This document shows, one piece after another, positions 49,701 through 58,527 of a stretch of 63,280 bases of DNA. The notes beneath the pieces were generated by a model that was given only the letters and a program-made list of their open reading frames with translations, was not told the DNA's origin and did no database searches. The stretch comes from Thermoproteota archaeon (GTDB lineage Archaea; Korarchaeota; Korarchaeia; Korarchaeales; Korarchaeaceae), in contig WALU01000018.1 in NCBI GenBank assembly GCA_015522685.1, positions 1-63,280 on the forward strand, written 5' to 3'. Positions within the stretch are counted from its first letter, which is position 1. The number at the start of each line of letters is the position of its first letter. Position numbers and translations under genes: made by a program.

Positions 49701-49905
49701 ATTCAACGTCATCCCTGAGCTGTATAGAGATAAGGTACAAGCTCAATTCAGCTACTCTTGGGACGAGTGGAAGGAATTGCACCCTGATTGGGATTACAAG
49801 AAGGATAAGTACTTCAGAACAAAGGAATTTGTCGAGAAAATGAGGAAGAGTGAGCTCTACAGGAAAACCTACTTAGAGCTAAAGAATTATTTTGGGAGTA
49901 GCTAA
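46765..49905 (+). CDS. tes: Tetraether lipid synthase Tes (GDGT-MAS) radical SAM precursor containing an intein
   Basis: SLCP...KCPE, CPFDCGLC..H, TNRCNLSCWY|CF, QFTGGEPT, QP.S..GR, HFACG, MMHFQD.YN.D..RV.RC.IHY..PDGR.VPFC..N. Confidence 0.9.
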   Translation: MDGGKMKEAVGEIPNGEKEFAQSAKHARELIKYPELTEEELGERLRNVHYGYSSGLPYKTFSLCPESRRLVQALVWEEDNKIWIAKKCPEGLITEVYYEDSYLFKKFMKWAYDWKLSSYNVENTGINCPFDCGLCHRHRSHTSLLNIVLTNRCNLSCWYCFPGNEEALFRFGSEVRLAKFEDVAKTFSFEHKVEIDGFKGEYSIPNDLYVLTFKEGKAEWTRVSKFLRRKHKGKILRIITHTGRFIRTTPEHKFFVYIDGELRKRRADELRPGDELIILWNFDHGETLTHIDLIEVFKKLPYKEKEKTYVRGISKLNLLKLKEKYGEKVYSWRNKDSIPLSAFYELGGNVDADNLRFGRDGTAYEIPTRLEITPTLAKLIGYFIADGSYTDKDLRITVSHKDVEEEIVKILEELKLPYSFLQWNGKAKQIVIGSRLMRLVFKYALGVPEKAENERLPKDFFNFPHEAKLSLLSGLFNEDGHVVRDRRYLNMGYTSVSRGLIRDMLYLLASLGIFTRVYAVPKEKMKGSNYDLYKLYIAGTDLVRLADLLDLRRDRKERLGEIGDRKPAKITRVADFYIDTIEGVTEENYDGYVYDLEVESNGHSFVAADGILVSNCFFYAKEGQPIYEPTLDQVRMMLRNAKEEQTIGANAIQFTGGEPTLRDDLIEILKIAKEEGYSHVQLNTDGIKLAFDPELVRKIKEVGVNTFYLSYDGMTPQTNWKNHWEIPLIFDNVRKVGGPGIVLVPTTIRNVNDHELGAVINFGLNHLDIVRSINIQPISMIGRVPKKNRQMFRITIPGAIKKIEEQTNGAVTKDDWYPVPIAGHIARFFEAFTGKKYYMTSHFACGAATYIFLDGGKVIPITRFIDVDGFVEFLAKKAEELENWKRLGKLSKLKVGGEIFLKFRSFYDSKYAPKSISVLKLVENAFAKGTYEALGQFHKKTLFIGMMHFQDEYNYDVQRVERCVIHYAMPDGRIVPFCAFNVIPELYRDKVQAQFSYSWDEWKELHPDWDYKKDKYFRTKEFVEKMRKSELYRKTYLELKNYFGSS
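47242..48609 (+). mobile_element. Intein (456 aa) with LAGLIDADG homing endonuclease domain
   Basis: Starts CFPG; block B TTPEHKF; LIGYFIADG and LSGLFNEDG; block F/G VYDLEV...HSFVA.DGILVSN followed by extein Cys. Confidence 0.97.
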
Positions 49906-49929
49906 TGGAAGGAAGGGGAAGGAATAGAT

Positions 49930-50208
49930 ATGAAGAATAAAGAGCTTGTAAGATTGGAGCTTAAAGTTCCGGATATAACTCCTGAGAAGGGAACTGAGCT
50001 GCAACATGATTTAGCTGAGAATCTTGCCGTTTACAGGGTTTTCGTCAATGGTTTTACTAAGAGAATAAAGATAATATTTGATGAAAAGAAGATGAGTAAG
50101 GAAGAACTCTTGGGTGCCTTAGAAGAGTACATGCCTGAGGTAATCAAGGAAGAAAGGGTAACTTTGAGTGAGGTCATAGAGAGCAGTATGAGCTGGAAAG
50201 CATCATAA
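49930..50208 (+). CDS. DUF3213-like small ferredoxin/HMA-fold protein
   Basis: VYRVFVNGF...IFDE...IESSMSW matches the Thermococcales family as I recall it; co-transcribed with tes. Confidence 0.7.
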   Translation: MKNKELVRLELKVPDITPEKGTELQHDLAENLAVYRVFVNGFTKRIKIIFDEKKMSKEELLGALEEYMPEVIKEERVTLSEVIESSMSWKAS

Positions 50209-50460
50209 AGAGACAAGCATAATCTAGTTATTCATTTTCTAGTTTTAAAGCAGGTGTATTACTCAAATGCTGCTAGGAACTTAGAGTAAGCTCTAATTAC
50301 ATATGCTTAGGCATCAGTGTTGTTCCTTTCCTTCTCTCTTTTTTATTAGTTAATTCCCTCTTTAGCAAGCTTCCTTACCTACATACCTCTTTTACTGGGC
50401 TCTTCTCAGTATTGCATTAGGCTGGTAAGCTTAAACAATCCCATGAACTTAGTTACTAAT

Positions 50461-51570
50461 TCAGGTAAGCTTTAGCTTACCTACTGCATATCTAACTACG
50501 GGATCTGCTATCCTATATTTACCATTCTCTTTAGTGAGGTAGCCGTACTTTACTAGGTTCTTGAGGAGTTCTGTAAATCTCTTATCCGTAATATATCCCG
50601 TCTTAGCTACTGTATAAGCTTTAATATCACTCCAAGAATCTATGTCATGAGCAATGGCTTTCAATATAGTGCTGTAACGTCTCCTTGAGGGAGCTATAAC
50701 CTTTTCAAATTCCTCTAGGATTAGCTTGGAACCTTCCTCAAAAACCTCGGCTACAGCTCTTTCATGAGAGAATTCTCTTACAGCACGGTAGTATCCGTAG
50801 TGCGTTAACCAGCCCACTAATCCGTCAAAGATCCCCACTACTTCCTCTAGCTCACTCATATCTGGCTCTAGGCCAAGTTCTCTGAAGCCTCGAGCTAAGA
50901 AATCTATGCTCTCATCCCTAGTAAACCTACCTACGTAGATCTCTCTTCTATACCTGCCGAATAATGGTGCCTTAGGATCTTCCAACCTGAGGAATTCTCT
51001 CAGAACCCCTACCTCGCTGCCCGTGAGTATGAAGGTCACGTGGCTTAGATTGTCCACGGCCCATGCTAGCAGCCCATCATACCTCACATTGGAGAACCTG
51101 AGATATTGCGCCTCATCGAGCACTAAGATGAACCTCATATCGTGCCTGCTACACCAAGAATTTATCTCGGAGAGTAGGGTTGTGAGAGATATTCTGGCTG
51201 CAGGTTCTATCTCTATCTCATACTCCTTCACTCTTATCCTCTTAATCCTCTTCAACGCCTCCTCTAGATCAAATCCCAGCTTCTCGTACCACTTCATGCG
51301 CTCTCTAAAGCCTTTCACTAGATACCTCACAAGATGAGCTGCTGTAACCATGTTCTCATTATAATAAAGCTCCCTTAGATCGACGAGGACATAGGGCATG
51401 CTAGATTCCCTTAAAGATACCCTCACTAGACTCGACTTTCCTATTCTACGAATTCCGTAGATCACTAGCAACCTCTCACCAAGTTCTAAGGCTTTAAGAA
51501 TCTCTCCTAGCTCTGTCTCTCTGTCATAGAGATCCTCCTTACGCTCTTTAGGATTAATATCAAAGAACAA
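50461..51570 (-). CDS. Archaeal AAA+ ATPase (COG1672-type) with C-terminal wHTH
   Basis: FD..PK...DLYDRE, GIRRIGKSS, LDEAQYL, LTGSEVG, DGLVGWL, IADP. Confidence 0.92.
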   Translation of the reverse strand: MFFDINPKERKEDLYDRETELGEILKALELGERLLVIYGIRRIGKSSLVRVSLRESSMPYVLVDLRELYYNENMVTAAHLVRYLVKGFRERMKWYEKLGFDLEEALKRIKRIRVKEYEIEIEPAARISLTTLLSEINSWCSRHDMRFILVLDEAQYLRFSNVRYDGLLAWAVDNLSHVTFILTGSEVGVLREFLRLEDPKAPLFGRYRREIYVGRFTRDESIDFLARGFRELGLEPDMSELEEVVGIFDGLVGWLTHYGYYRAVREFSHERAVAEVFEEGSKLILEEFEKVIAPSRRRYSTILKAIAHDIDSWSDIKAYTVAKTGYITDKRFTELLKNLVKYGYLTKENGKYRIADPVVRYAVGKLKLT

Positions 51571-51608
51571 CTATCCCCCCTCGATATTAACTATCCCCCC
51601 TCGATATT
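51569..51608. repeat. Perfect 20-bp tandem repeat abutting the ATPase start codon
   Basis: AACTATCCCCCCTCGATATT x2. Confidence 0.95.
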
Positions 51609-51636
51609 ATAAAGGTAGGGTAGAGTAGTATCGTGC

Positions 51637-52332
51637 ATGTTAGATTTTAAAAGGCAAGGCAAACCCTTTCCGCAGGATGAGAGCAGAATACTGATTCACT
51701 TCACCATAATAGAAGTCCTTTACATCATCGAGGTTCTCCTCTTCTCCCATTTCTCAACTCCCAGCCTCTTAGGATCCTTGGATTACATAAAGCATACTAA
51801 TCCCCTGATGGCTGTTATGCATATCTGGCTCAACAATGCTGCAGCTGCCTTACTGCTTTCCTCGCTGAGTTCTGTTCATCCCCTAATAGCTTACCTTAGG
51901 ATGATTCCGGTGGCCGCATCCAAGGGACATGTTTTATCCTCATGGCTCGCTGGCTATCTGCCGTACGCTCACCTCATCTACTCCCTTATGGAGGATCAGG
52001 CCTATATAGCTTCTTCTATCTGCTGTCGAAGTGTGGGAGGTGCGGGTAGCATGAAGAAGCTCAGGAGCCTGGTAATATCCTTCAACCAGGGTCTCTACTT
52101 CCTATACAGACATCCTTTCTACCCTTCGCTAATGGGCGTTCAGGTGGACACTTTCTTTTACATGGACAGCTTTCTCGGGCTAGCGATGTTCCTCTTCACA
52201 GTTCCTCTGTAGTATCTCCTGATTATTATAGAGGAGAAGGAACTTCTCTCCTACTGGGGAGAAGAGTACGAGGAGTACATGAGGATAGTCCCCATGCTCC
52301 TACCAAAGATAAAGAAGATTGCAGCCTCATAG
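51637..52332 (+). pseudogene. Chimeric or decayed gene: SpoIIM-like N-terminal part joined to an ICMT/PEMT-like methyltransferase C-terminal part, with an internal TAG
   Basis: IWLNN segment; then G.Y..RHP.Y; after TAG (52210-52212) the same frame continues EEKELL..WGEEYEEYM..VP..LP to a stop at 52332. Confidence 0.65.
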
Positions 52333-52393
52333 TTTCAGCGTGAATGTCAAGAGCAGTCCTTCATAATATTACCTAATTCCACTATTAGGTCTG

Positions 52394-53344
52394 CTATCCA
52401 CCTACATCACGATTTGCCCTCTTAATGAATTCTATCCTCTTTTCTAAGCTTGGATGAGTTGGAAGGAAGGAGGGTGCTCCTTCACTAGCCTTATACAACT
52501 TAATTAAGGCGTTTATCAGATCCTCAGGGTTAGTGTAGGTTGCGGCGATCAGATCTGCCCTTACCTCCTTCCTCCTTATCAAGATTAAGAAAGCCGAGAG
52601 GGTACCTAGAAATAGGATTATGAATAACAGCAAGACCGTTACAGATCCGCTCTGAGGGGAAAGCCCTGCTGAGGATACGATGAACTTGAATAGGGGAGTC
52701 AATACTGCATAGATGAGGAGAGTGTAGCCCATATATCGAATGAGATCCCCTCCCTTGTAGTGGGCGAGCTCGTGAGCTATCACGCTTCTAAGCTCGTCCT
52801 CGGATAGCATGCTAAGAAGATCCTCGTTTATGAAGACCGTAGGTCGAATGAGACCTCCCAATAAGGCGGTCTTCATCAAAGAAGATTCGAATATTCTGAG
52901 CCTAACATTTCCTTTAATGTCCATCTTAGCCTTCATATCCTCGAAGATACGCCTTAGGTATTGGGGTGGGTCCTTCCCTCCGCTGGAGGCATCAAGCATC
53001 AGGGGAAATAGGTTTACTATTACGAATAGAAGTACAAACATCGCGGAAAGATCTGTGAAGAAGTTATGAGGAAGATAGGAGGATACAGCAGCAAAGATGA
53101 ATATTAGATAAAACTCAAAGTAGCTAAAGGTGAAATCCTTAAATGACTTTAGGGCTTCAGATCTAGACCTTTTTCTCAGAGCAGAATCGACTAGAGAGAG
53201 AAGCAATGTAACAGCGATGAAGAAAATCAAGCCAGTTACTGCGGGATTGAATTTGTACCTAATTTCAATTAACACGAATAGAGCCATCAGAATGGCGGCA
53301 AGAGAATATATAACCAAGTTGTAAAGAAGTGAGGAGTTTTCCAA
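52394..53344 (-). CDS. M48-family membrane zinc metalloprotease
   Basis: VIAHELAH, EVRAD..A, THPSLEKRI; 4 N-terminal TMs. Confidence 0.88.
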   Translation of the reverse strand: MENSSLLYNLVIYSLAAILMALFVLIEIRYKFNPAVTGLIFFIAVTLLLSLVDSALRKRSRSEALKSFKDFTFSYFEFYLIFIFAAVSSYLPHNFFTDLSAMFVLLFVIVNLFPLMLDASSGGKDPPQYLRRIFEDMKAKMDIKGNVRLRIFESSLMKTALLGGLIRPTVFINEDLLSMLSEDELRSVIAHELAHYKGGDLIRYMGYTLLIYAVLTPLFKFIVSSAGLSPQSGSVTVLLLFIILFLGTLSAFLILIRRKEVRADLIAATYTNPEDLINALIKLYKASEGAPSFLPTHPSLEKRIEFIKRANRDVGG

Positions 53345-53510
53345 TACACCCTCGCAACCACATCACAGTGATACATATATATTTTTTGCTAACAAGAGAT
53401 TAACAGGAGATTTATTTCGTATTATCACTGGGTTCTTCTTAGGGCTAATCCCAGCTATAAACAACTGTACTGTATTGGAGCCTTCATCAAATATTAAAAA
53501 TAAAAATTAA

Positions 53511-54092
53511 TTAACCAGCATGCTGTCTTAAAATATCTTCCGCTATTCTCAAGGTAACGTTAGCTTCTATGCAAGCTGCTATCATTATGAAGATTAAGGA
53601 AAGTAGGGCAGCCCTATAGTAGAATCTTAGGTCATCTGGTCCAACAGGTTGTTCTCTTTTCCTTAAGAGATATAGGATTATACTCGCTGGAATTCTTATT
53701 CCCGCTGAACCAGCCAATATGAACCCTAGGATCTCGAATGATCCATGAGGCGCTACTAACATAATTACCTCTTCTGAGGAGAATCCCGAAGCCAAAGCTC
53801 CCCTTACAGAGTACCCGAGTTCTAAGCCGTTAGCGAACAGATTGGTGACTGTTGTCGACCCCATTGAAAATGCTCCTAAGAGCAGCAGAATCGTGGAAAC
53901 CATGTTGTTATATGGGAAGAAGGTGCAGTCCTTGTAGAGGCGTTCTTTCCACATGACTTTCCTGAATCGGGAAGAATGGTCAGTCCCCACCACTAATTTC
54001 AGACCTAAGAAAAATCCTACCGAAAAAATAATTATTGAAATCAATAAAGGCGAAAGGTTATAGGTTAACTTTCTCATTTTCACTGATTTCAT
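53511..54092 (-). CDS. SpoIIM/DUF95 family membrane protein
   Basis: NN, ANG..LG, PHGSFEI, AACIEA. Start at 54092 through an ATGA overlap. Confidence 0.85.
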   Translation of the reverse strand: MKSVKMRKLTYNLSPLLISIIIFSVGFFLGLKLVVGTDHSSRFRKVMWKERLYKDCTFFPYNNMVSTILLLLGAFSMGSTTVTNLFANGLELGYSVRGALASGFSSEEVIMLVAPHGSFEILGFILAGSAGIRIPASIILYLLRKREQPVGPDDLRFYYRAALLSLIFIMIAACIEANVTLRIAEDILRQHAG

Positions 54093-54409
54093 ATTAAACC
54101 AAATACATGCATGAACGTCAGGAGAAATACCCAGCCGAAAACTTCTAGGAAAACTACTAATGCTATGATTTCTTTTTTCCATGATTTATCGTATTCTGCA
54201 GTCCCGCATGCTCCGATTTTCTCTCTTTCTTTCTTGCTCAGTCTGATATTCAAGATAAGCGGTACTGATAATAATGCTGTAAGCAGATCCATGGCCCATT
54301 GACCCATGTTTCCTAAAGGAAATATGAATTCATCGATAATCGTTATCAGTGCCATTGCTACCCCTATGAAGATAACCATGTAAAAGAGATGAATTACGGT
54401 CAACTTCAT
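54089..54409 (-). CDS. Small 3-TM membrane protein, paralog A2
   Basis: MKLTVIH...PLG...REKI...KE...GLI, similar to the 54709-55026 protein; ATGA overlaps on both sides. Confidence 0.75.
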   Translation of the reverse strand: MKLTVIHLFYMVIFIGVAMALITIIDEFIFPLGNMGQWAMDLLTALLSVPLILNIRLSKKEREKIGACGTAEYDKSWKKEIIALVVFLEVFGWVFLLTFMHVFGLI

Positions 54410-54699
54410 GGAGGGCACCTCATAAAGCAAGACCTATAGCTAGCCAACCTGGTGGACAAGATGCCGCCGCAAGCGATAGTAAAGCCAGATGCGATCCAAA
54501 TATATACGCGCGAGGCGATAGAACTCATATTGTTTAGGAAGAGGTCATAACTTTTGTGGATAGATTCTCCCCATATAGCTTCCTTAAGTTTAGAAATATA
54601 GTTAAATTCTGCTAATAAATTCAGGCTGAAGATAAATCCTAGAGATGCAGCTATTGAGATTAAGAAAAGCGTAAAATAGGTTAAAACACTTGCTTTCAT
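54406..54699 (-). pseudogene. Truncated SpoIIM-like protein
   Basis: N-terminal TM then LFLNNM (DUF95 NN motif); lacks the PHG..E half. Confidence 0.45.
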
Positions 54700-54708
54700 T
54701 TTTACTCA

Positions 54709-55026
54709 TCATATTAGACCTAACATTTGCATCATCATCAGGAGAAATGCAAAAGCGAGAGTATCTAAGAAAATTATCATCACCGCTATTGTTTCCTTAC
54801 TCAATCTCCATCCAGCAATTTTATCTGCTTCACCACTCATTCTAATCTTCTCTCTTCTCTGCTTGATCAGCTTAATCCCGTATAGCAGGACTATTATTAG
54901 CGATATCTGGAGGAAATGCATAATCATCTCATGCATACTTCCTAGAGGAACCAGAAAGGTTGCTAACATCATCATCAATCCAATGAGAATAGCCATGTAT
55001 AAGCAATGATTTATGGTTAGCTTCAT
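54709..55026 (-). CDS. Small 3-TM membrane protein, paralog A1
   Basis: MKLTINH...PLG...REKI...KE...GLI. Confidence 0.75.
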   Translation of the reverse strand: MKLTINHCLYMAILIGLMMMLATFLVPLGSMHEMIMHFLQISLIIVLLYGIKLIKQRREKIRMSGEADKIAGWRLSKETIAVMIIFLDTLAFAFLLMMMQMLGLI

Positions 55027-55296
55027 AATATATCTTTCATGAGTTTGCAATATAAATATAGCTCATTTATTGTTAATCCCTTCTTCTTTTAAATTATTCA
55101 TCTGATTGACTATTATAATTTTAATGAGCATCTTTAGAATCAGTGCTCCTGCGTAGCATTCTTATTTCTTTTTTGAGGATTAACTAGCGACCAGACAGGC
55201 GAATTAGACATCTATCATTATCTATCTTTACATAACTTACCACTAAATGCAAGATAATCCTTAAATATCTTCCCTCAGGGATAGAAACAAGAGGAA

Positions 55297-56208
55297 GTGG
55301 GTGGCGCGCTTATGGGCCTCAAAGAATTGTCAGAAATAATTAGGCTGAACTTCCTCCTATTAACACCGATAACCATATTCGTTGGAATGGCAGCGGCCAT
55401 ATACGACGGATATAGCTTCAAGCTGATAGATACTCTAATAGCACTATCTGGAGCTCTGCTGGCCCACATCTCAGTGAACTCCCTGAACAACTACTTCGAT
55501 TATAGATCGGGCATAGACGCTAAAACACCAAAGACCCCCTTCAGCGGTGGAATAAGAGCCCTCGTTGAAGGGAGAGCGGAACCGCACACAGCTCTATTCG
55601 TGGGTTCTATGGCATCCGCTCTAACTCTGCTGATTGCTATATACTTCCTTATAGAGATACCTCTAGTTTTCTTCATAGGATTGGTTGGCCTAGCCCTTAT
55701 CATCCTCTATACACCCCTCCTATCAAAAGTTCCATTCACATCCGAGCCTTCTGCAGGCATAGGCTTTGGACTGATGGTCTTAGGGATGTATGCAGTTGAA
55801 GCTGGTACCATCACTGGATCTGCTTGGCCCTCTTTCATAATAGTATCCATCTTGGTAGGTTTGCTTCTCTTCATAAACGAATTTCCCGATGCGGATATCG
55901 ATAAAGAAGCTGGGAGAAGGCACACAGTTATGATGCTAGGAAAGGAATCAGCCTCTAAGGTCTATGCGGCATCTGTCGTAATCAACTACGCTCTGATAGG
56001 ACTATTCTCCCTAACAGATCTGCTTCCTAAGGCATGCTTAATCTCCCTAATATCCTTACCGTTTGGCTATAGAGCTACCAAGGAAGCATTGAAATCTAAG
56101 AGTGAAGTTCCCAATATAATACCTGCAATGGCGAATAACCTTCTTATGGTGCTAACCACGATAACTGCTCTTGGAGTTGGTCTCTTAACAGGGATATTCT
56201 TAAAGTGA
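55297..56208 (+). CDS. UbiA-family prenyltransferase (MenA-like)
   Basis: NNYFDYRSGID, TPFSGG, NEFPD.DID..AGR. Confidence 0.88.
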   Translation: MGGALMGLKELSEIIRLNFLLLTPITIFVGMAAAIYDGYSFKLIDTLIALSGALLAHISVNSLNNYFDYRSGIDAKTPKTPFSGGIRALVEGRAEPHTALFVGSMASALTLLIAIYFLIEIPLVFFIGLVGLALIILYTPLLSKVPFTSEPSAGIGFGLMVLGMYAVEAGTITGSAWPSFIIVSILVGLLLFINEFPDADIDKEAGRRHTVMMLGKESASKVYAASVVINYALIGLFSLTDLLPKACLISLISLPFGYRATKEALKSKSEVPNIIPAMANNLLMVLTTITALGVGLLTGIFLK

Positions 56209-56710
56209 GCGTGTATCTATCCTCTATTTTCTCTTCTCATTTTATTTCCTTTTTCAGGGAGTAGTATCCATATTGGCTAGATTAAAATGGCAATAAGTAA
56301 TGGTTAATGTTATTCATAGAATCAAGGCTTAGTGTACCCAAGAGGAAATAATCCTACCAGCAGCGGCCAAAAGAAGAATGAGTGACCCTTTAGCTTAAAG
56401 ATATATAATATATCGAATCTATTTTGGAAATGTTCTAAGGACCAAGAATCTAGTGTATCCTTATAAGAATTAGCCCTGTTAACTGCCTAGAGATCCTGAT
56501 GAGAATTAGAAGAGAGTAAACCATCCCAATATTCTAGACTCTCAAATCTAAGGGTTATCATATGAAATCTGTGAAAGTTAGGAAAGGAGAGTCCTAATCT
56601 CCTATAATAAGAGTAGATATAAGCAATAGCTGCTCCTATTCTTGGTAGTTTAATTCAGGATTCACACATATACTAAAATTTTTCTTCTTCTTCTTAGTGA
56701 AGGTGATAGG

Positions 56711-58036
56711 ATGAGGGCAGTTATTATAGGTGCTGGGCCTGCTGGTATGGCCGCAGCAAGTAGGATAAGAAAACATCTACCTGAAAGCGAGATAACCGTA
56801 ATAGAACGTACAAAGTATGTTAGCTTCGCTCTATGCGGTATCCCTTATTATGTAGGAGGGATTGTCAAGTCGCTGAATGATCTAATGTACTATCCTCCCA
56901 AATTCTTCGTGGAAAAGAGGAAAATAAACTTGGAACTTCAAGCTACTGCGGAGAGGATAGATCCAAGGGAAAGAATTGTGGTTTACAGGAAAGGAGATGA
57001 AGTTAAAGAACTGAACTATGACGTCCTTATAGTTGCTACAGGCGCTAAATCCAAACTGCTCCCAATACCAGGGATCGATGAGGATGGAGTTCTAACGGTT
57101 CATCATTTAGATGATGGTGAAGAGATTAGGAAGAGGTTATTCAAAGCTAAAAGCGCAGCAGTGATAGGAGCAGGGCTTAATGGCCTAGAATTCACTGAAA
57201 ACTTGGCAAGGCTGGGCAAGGAAGTGCACGTCTTTGAATACTTCAAATGGCCCCTTCCAAGGAGTTTGGATGAGGACATGGGCCTCATATTGAAGGATCT
57301 TCTTGTAAAGGACGTGAAGTTCCACTTCGGCTCTCCTGTAGAAAGCATAAGGAGAGCTGGCGATGTTCTGAGGATATCATCAGGAGATCTTTCCGTTGAG
57401 GTTGATCTGGTTCTAATCTTCACTGGGATAGAGCCATCTGTCGATCTGCTGAAGGATGCTGGCGCCAAGATAGGCGAAACTGGTGGAGTGAAAATCAACT
57501 CTAGGATGCAGACTGGTCTAGATTCTATATATGCATCAGGAGATAATGCTGAGATTATAAACAGAGTTACCGAAAAGCCTGATTGGATGCCCTTCGCTCA
57601 GATTGCCAATAAAATGGGATTAGTAGCAGGAGCTAATGCTGCCGGGAAGTATGTAGAATTCCCAGGCGCCGTTAAGACATGGACCGCTAAAGTCTTCGGC
57701 GTGGAGGTAGCAGGAACAGGCTTGACTGAGGCCGAAGCTAGGAAGATGAAATATGAAGCTAGGAGTGAGGTGATAAGGGGAAAGAATAAAGCTCATTATA
57801 TGCCAGAGCCAAAAGACATCTGGATAAAGGCAGTGATAAATAGTGATGGAACGGTCTTGGGAGTTCAGGCTATAGGTGAAGGGGCGCTAACTAGAGTAAA
57901 CGTAGCAGCTGCCCTTCTTCCATATAAGCCCAAAAGTATGGATCTAGTGTTTGCCGATATGGGATATGCACCGCCTCTGGCTCCTGTATGGGATCCCTTA
58001 GTTGTAATCGGCAGGAGGATTGATCCCATACTATAA
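56711..58036 (+). CDS. CoA-disulfide reductase / NAD(P)H:sulfur oxidoreductase-like flavoprotein
   Basis: GAGPAG, SFALCGIPY (single redox Cys), GAGLNGLE, YAPP..PVWDP. Confidence 0.88.
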   Translation: MRAVIIGAGPAGMAAASRIRKHLPESEITVIERTKYVSFALCGIPYYVGGIVKSLNDLMYYPPKFFVEKRKINLELQATAERIDPRERIVVYRKGDEVKELNYDVLIVATGAKSKLLPIPGIDEDGVLTVHHLDDGEEIRKRLFKAKSAAVIGAGLNGLEFTENLARLGKEVHVFEYFKWPLPRSLDEDMGLILKDLLVKDVKFHFGSPVESIRRAGDVLRISSGDLSVEVDLVLIFTGIEPSVDLLKDAGAKIGETGGVKINSRMQTGLDSIYASGDNAEIINRVTEKPDWMPFAQIANKMGLVAGANAAGKYVEFPGAVKTWTAKVFGVEVAGTGLTEAEARKMKYEARSEVIRGKNKAHYMPEPKDIWIKAVINSDGTVLGVQAIGEGALTRVNVAAALLPYKPKSMDLVFADMGYAPPLAPVWDPLVVIGRRIDPIL

Positions 58037-58061
58037 GAATAAATTATATCCCTCTCCATCT

Positions 58062-58403
58062 TTACTCTCTGTAAATTCCTGAGAGGTATGCATTCAACAC
58101 TTCTCTGACAGTTTTACCTATTGCAAAGATGGGCTTTATTCCCCAAGAGGTCAAACTCTTCAGAACATCCTCAGGGAGGGATATAGAAACTAGAACGCTG
58201 ACCTCCATGTGCTTGAGCCAAGATGCCAAGCTGGGTCCCCTATAAGAAAGGAGCCCAGAAGCAGGATTCCTTATTACATCAACTTTTTTTACTTCTGAAT
58301 CCTCTACTGTAATTATCACGAAGAAAGGAGCATATGAAGGTTGGCCAAAGGCTATAGCATCCAAACCCTCGGATCCTTTGGAAGGTATGGCTATCTTTTC
58401 CAA
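58062..58403 (-). CDS. NifB/NifX-family protein (divergent)
   Basis: KIAIPS, APFF, RNP...RGP, GKTVREVL. Confidence 0.75.
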   Translation of the reverse strand: MEKIAIPSKGSEGLDAIAFGQPSYAPFFVIITVEDSEVKKVDVIRNPASGLLSYRGPSLASWLKHMEVSVLVSISLPEDVLKSLTSWGIKPIFAIGKTVREVLNAYLSGIYRE

Positions 58404-58527
58404 CAGAAAGGCACCCTCTAATAATATCCTATCAAAAATAAAAATGATAAATTGGACTACACAATGATAATATCCTGCTTATCTCTCAGACTGGCTCTTT
58501 ATGTTCTCGCTTCTTAAGTTGATCTAC

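Noticed and set aside
46765-49905. MoaA (molybdenum cofactor biosynthesis) call
   Set aside because: Extein length and the CPFDCGLC and MHFQD...RC...PFC motifs are those of Tes, not MoaA.
14790-52332. Genome-wide TAG recoding suggested by in-frame ambers in the remnants
   Set aside because: Intact genes end properly at TAG (e.g. 33347, 36147, 61280), and the 15-kb remnant also contains TGA and TAA stops.
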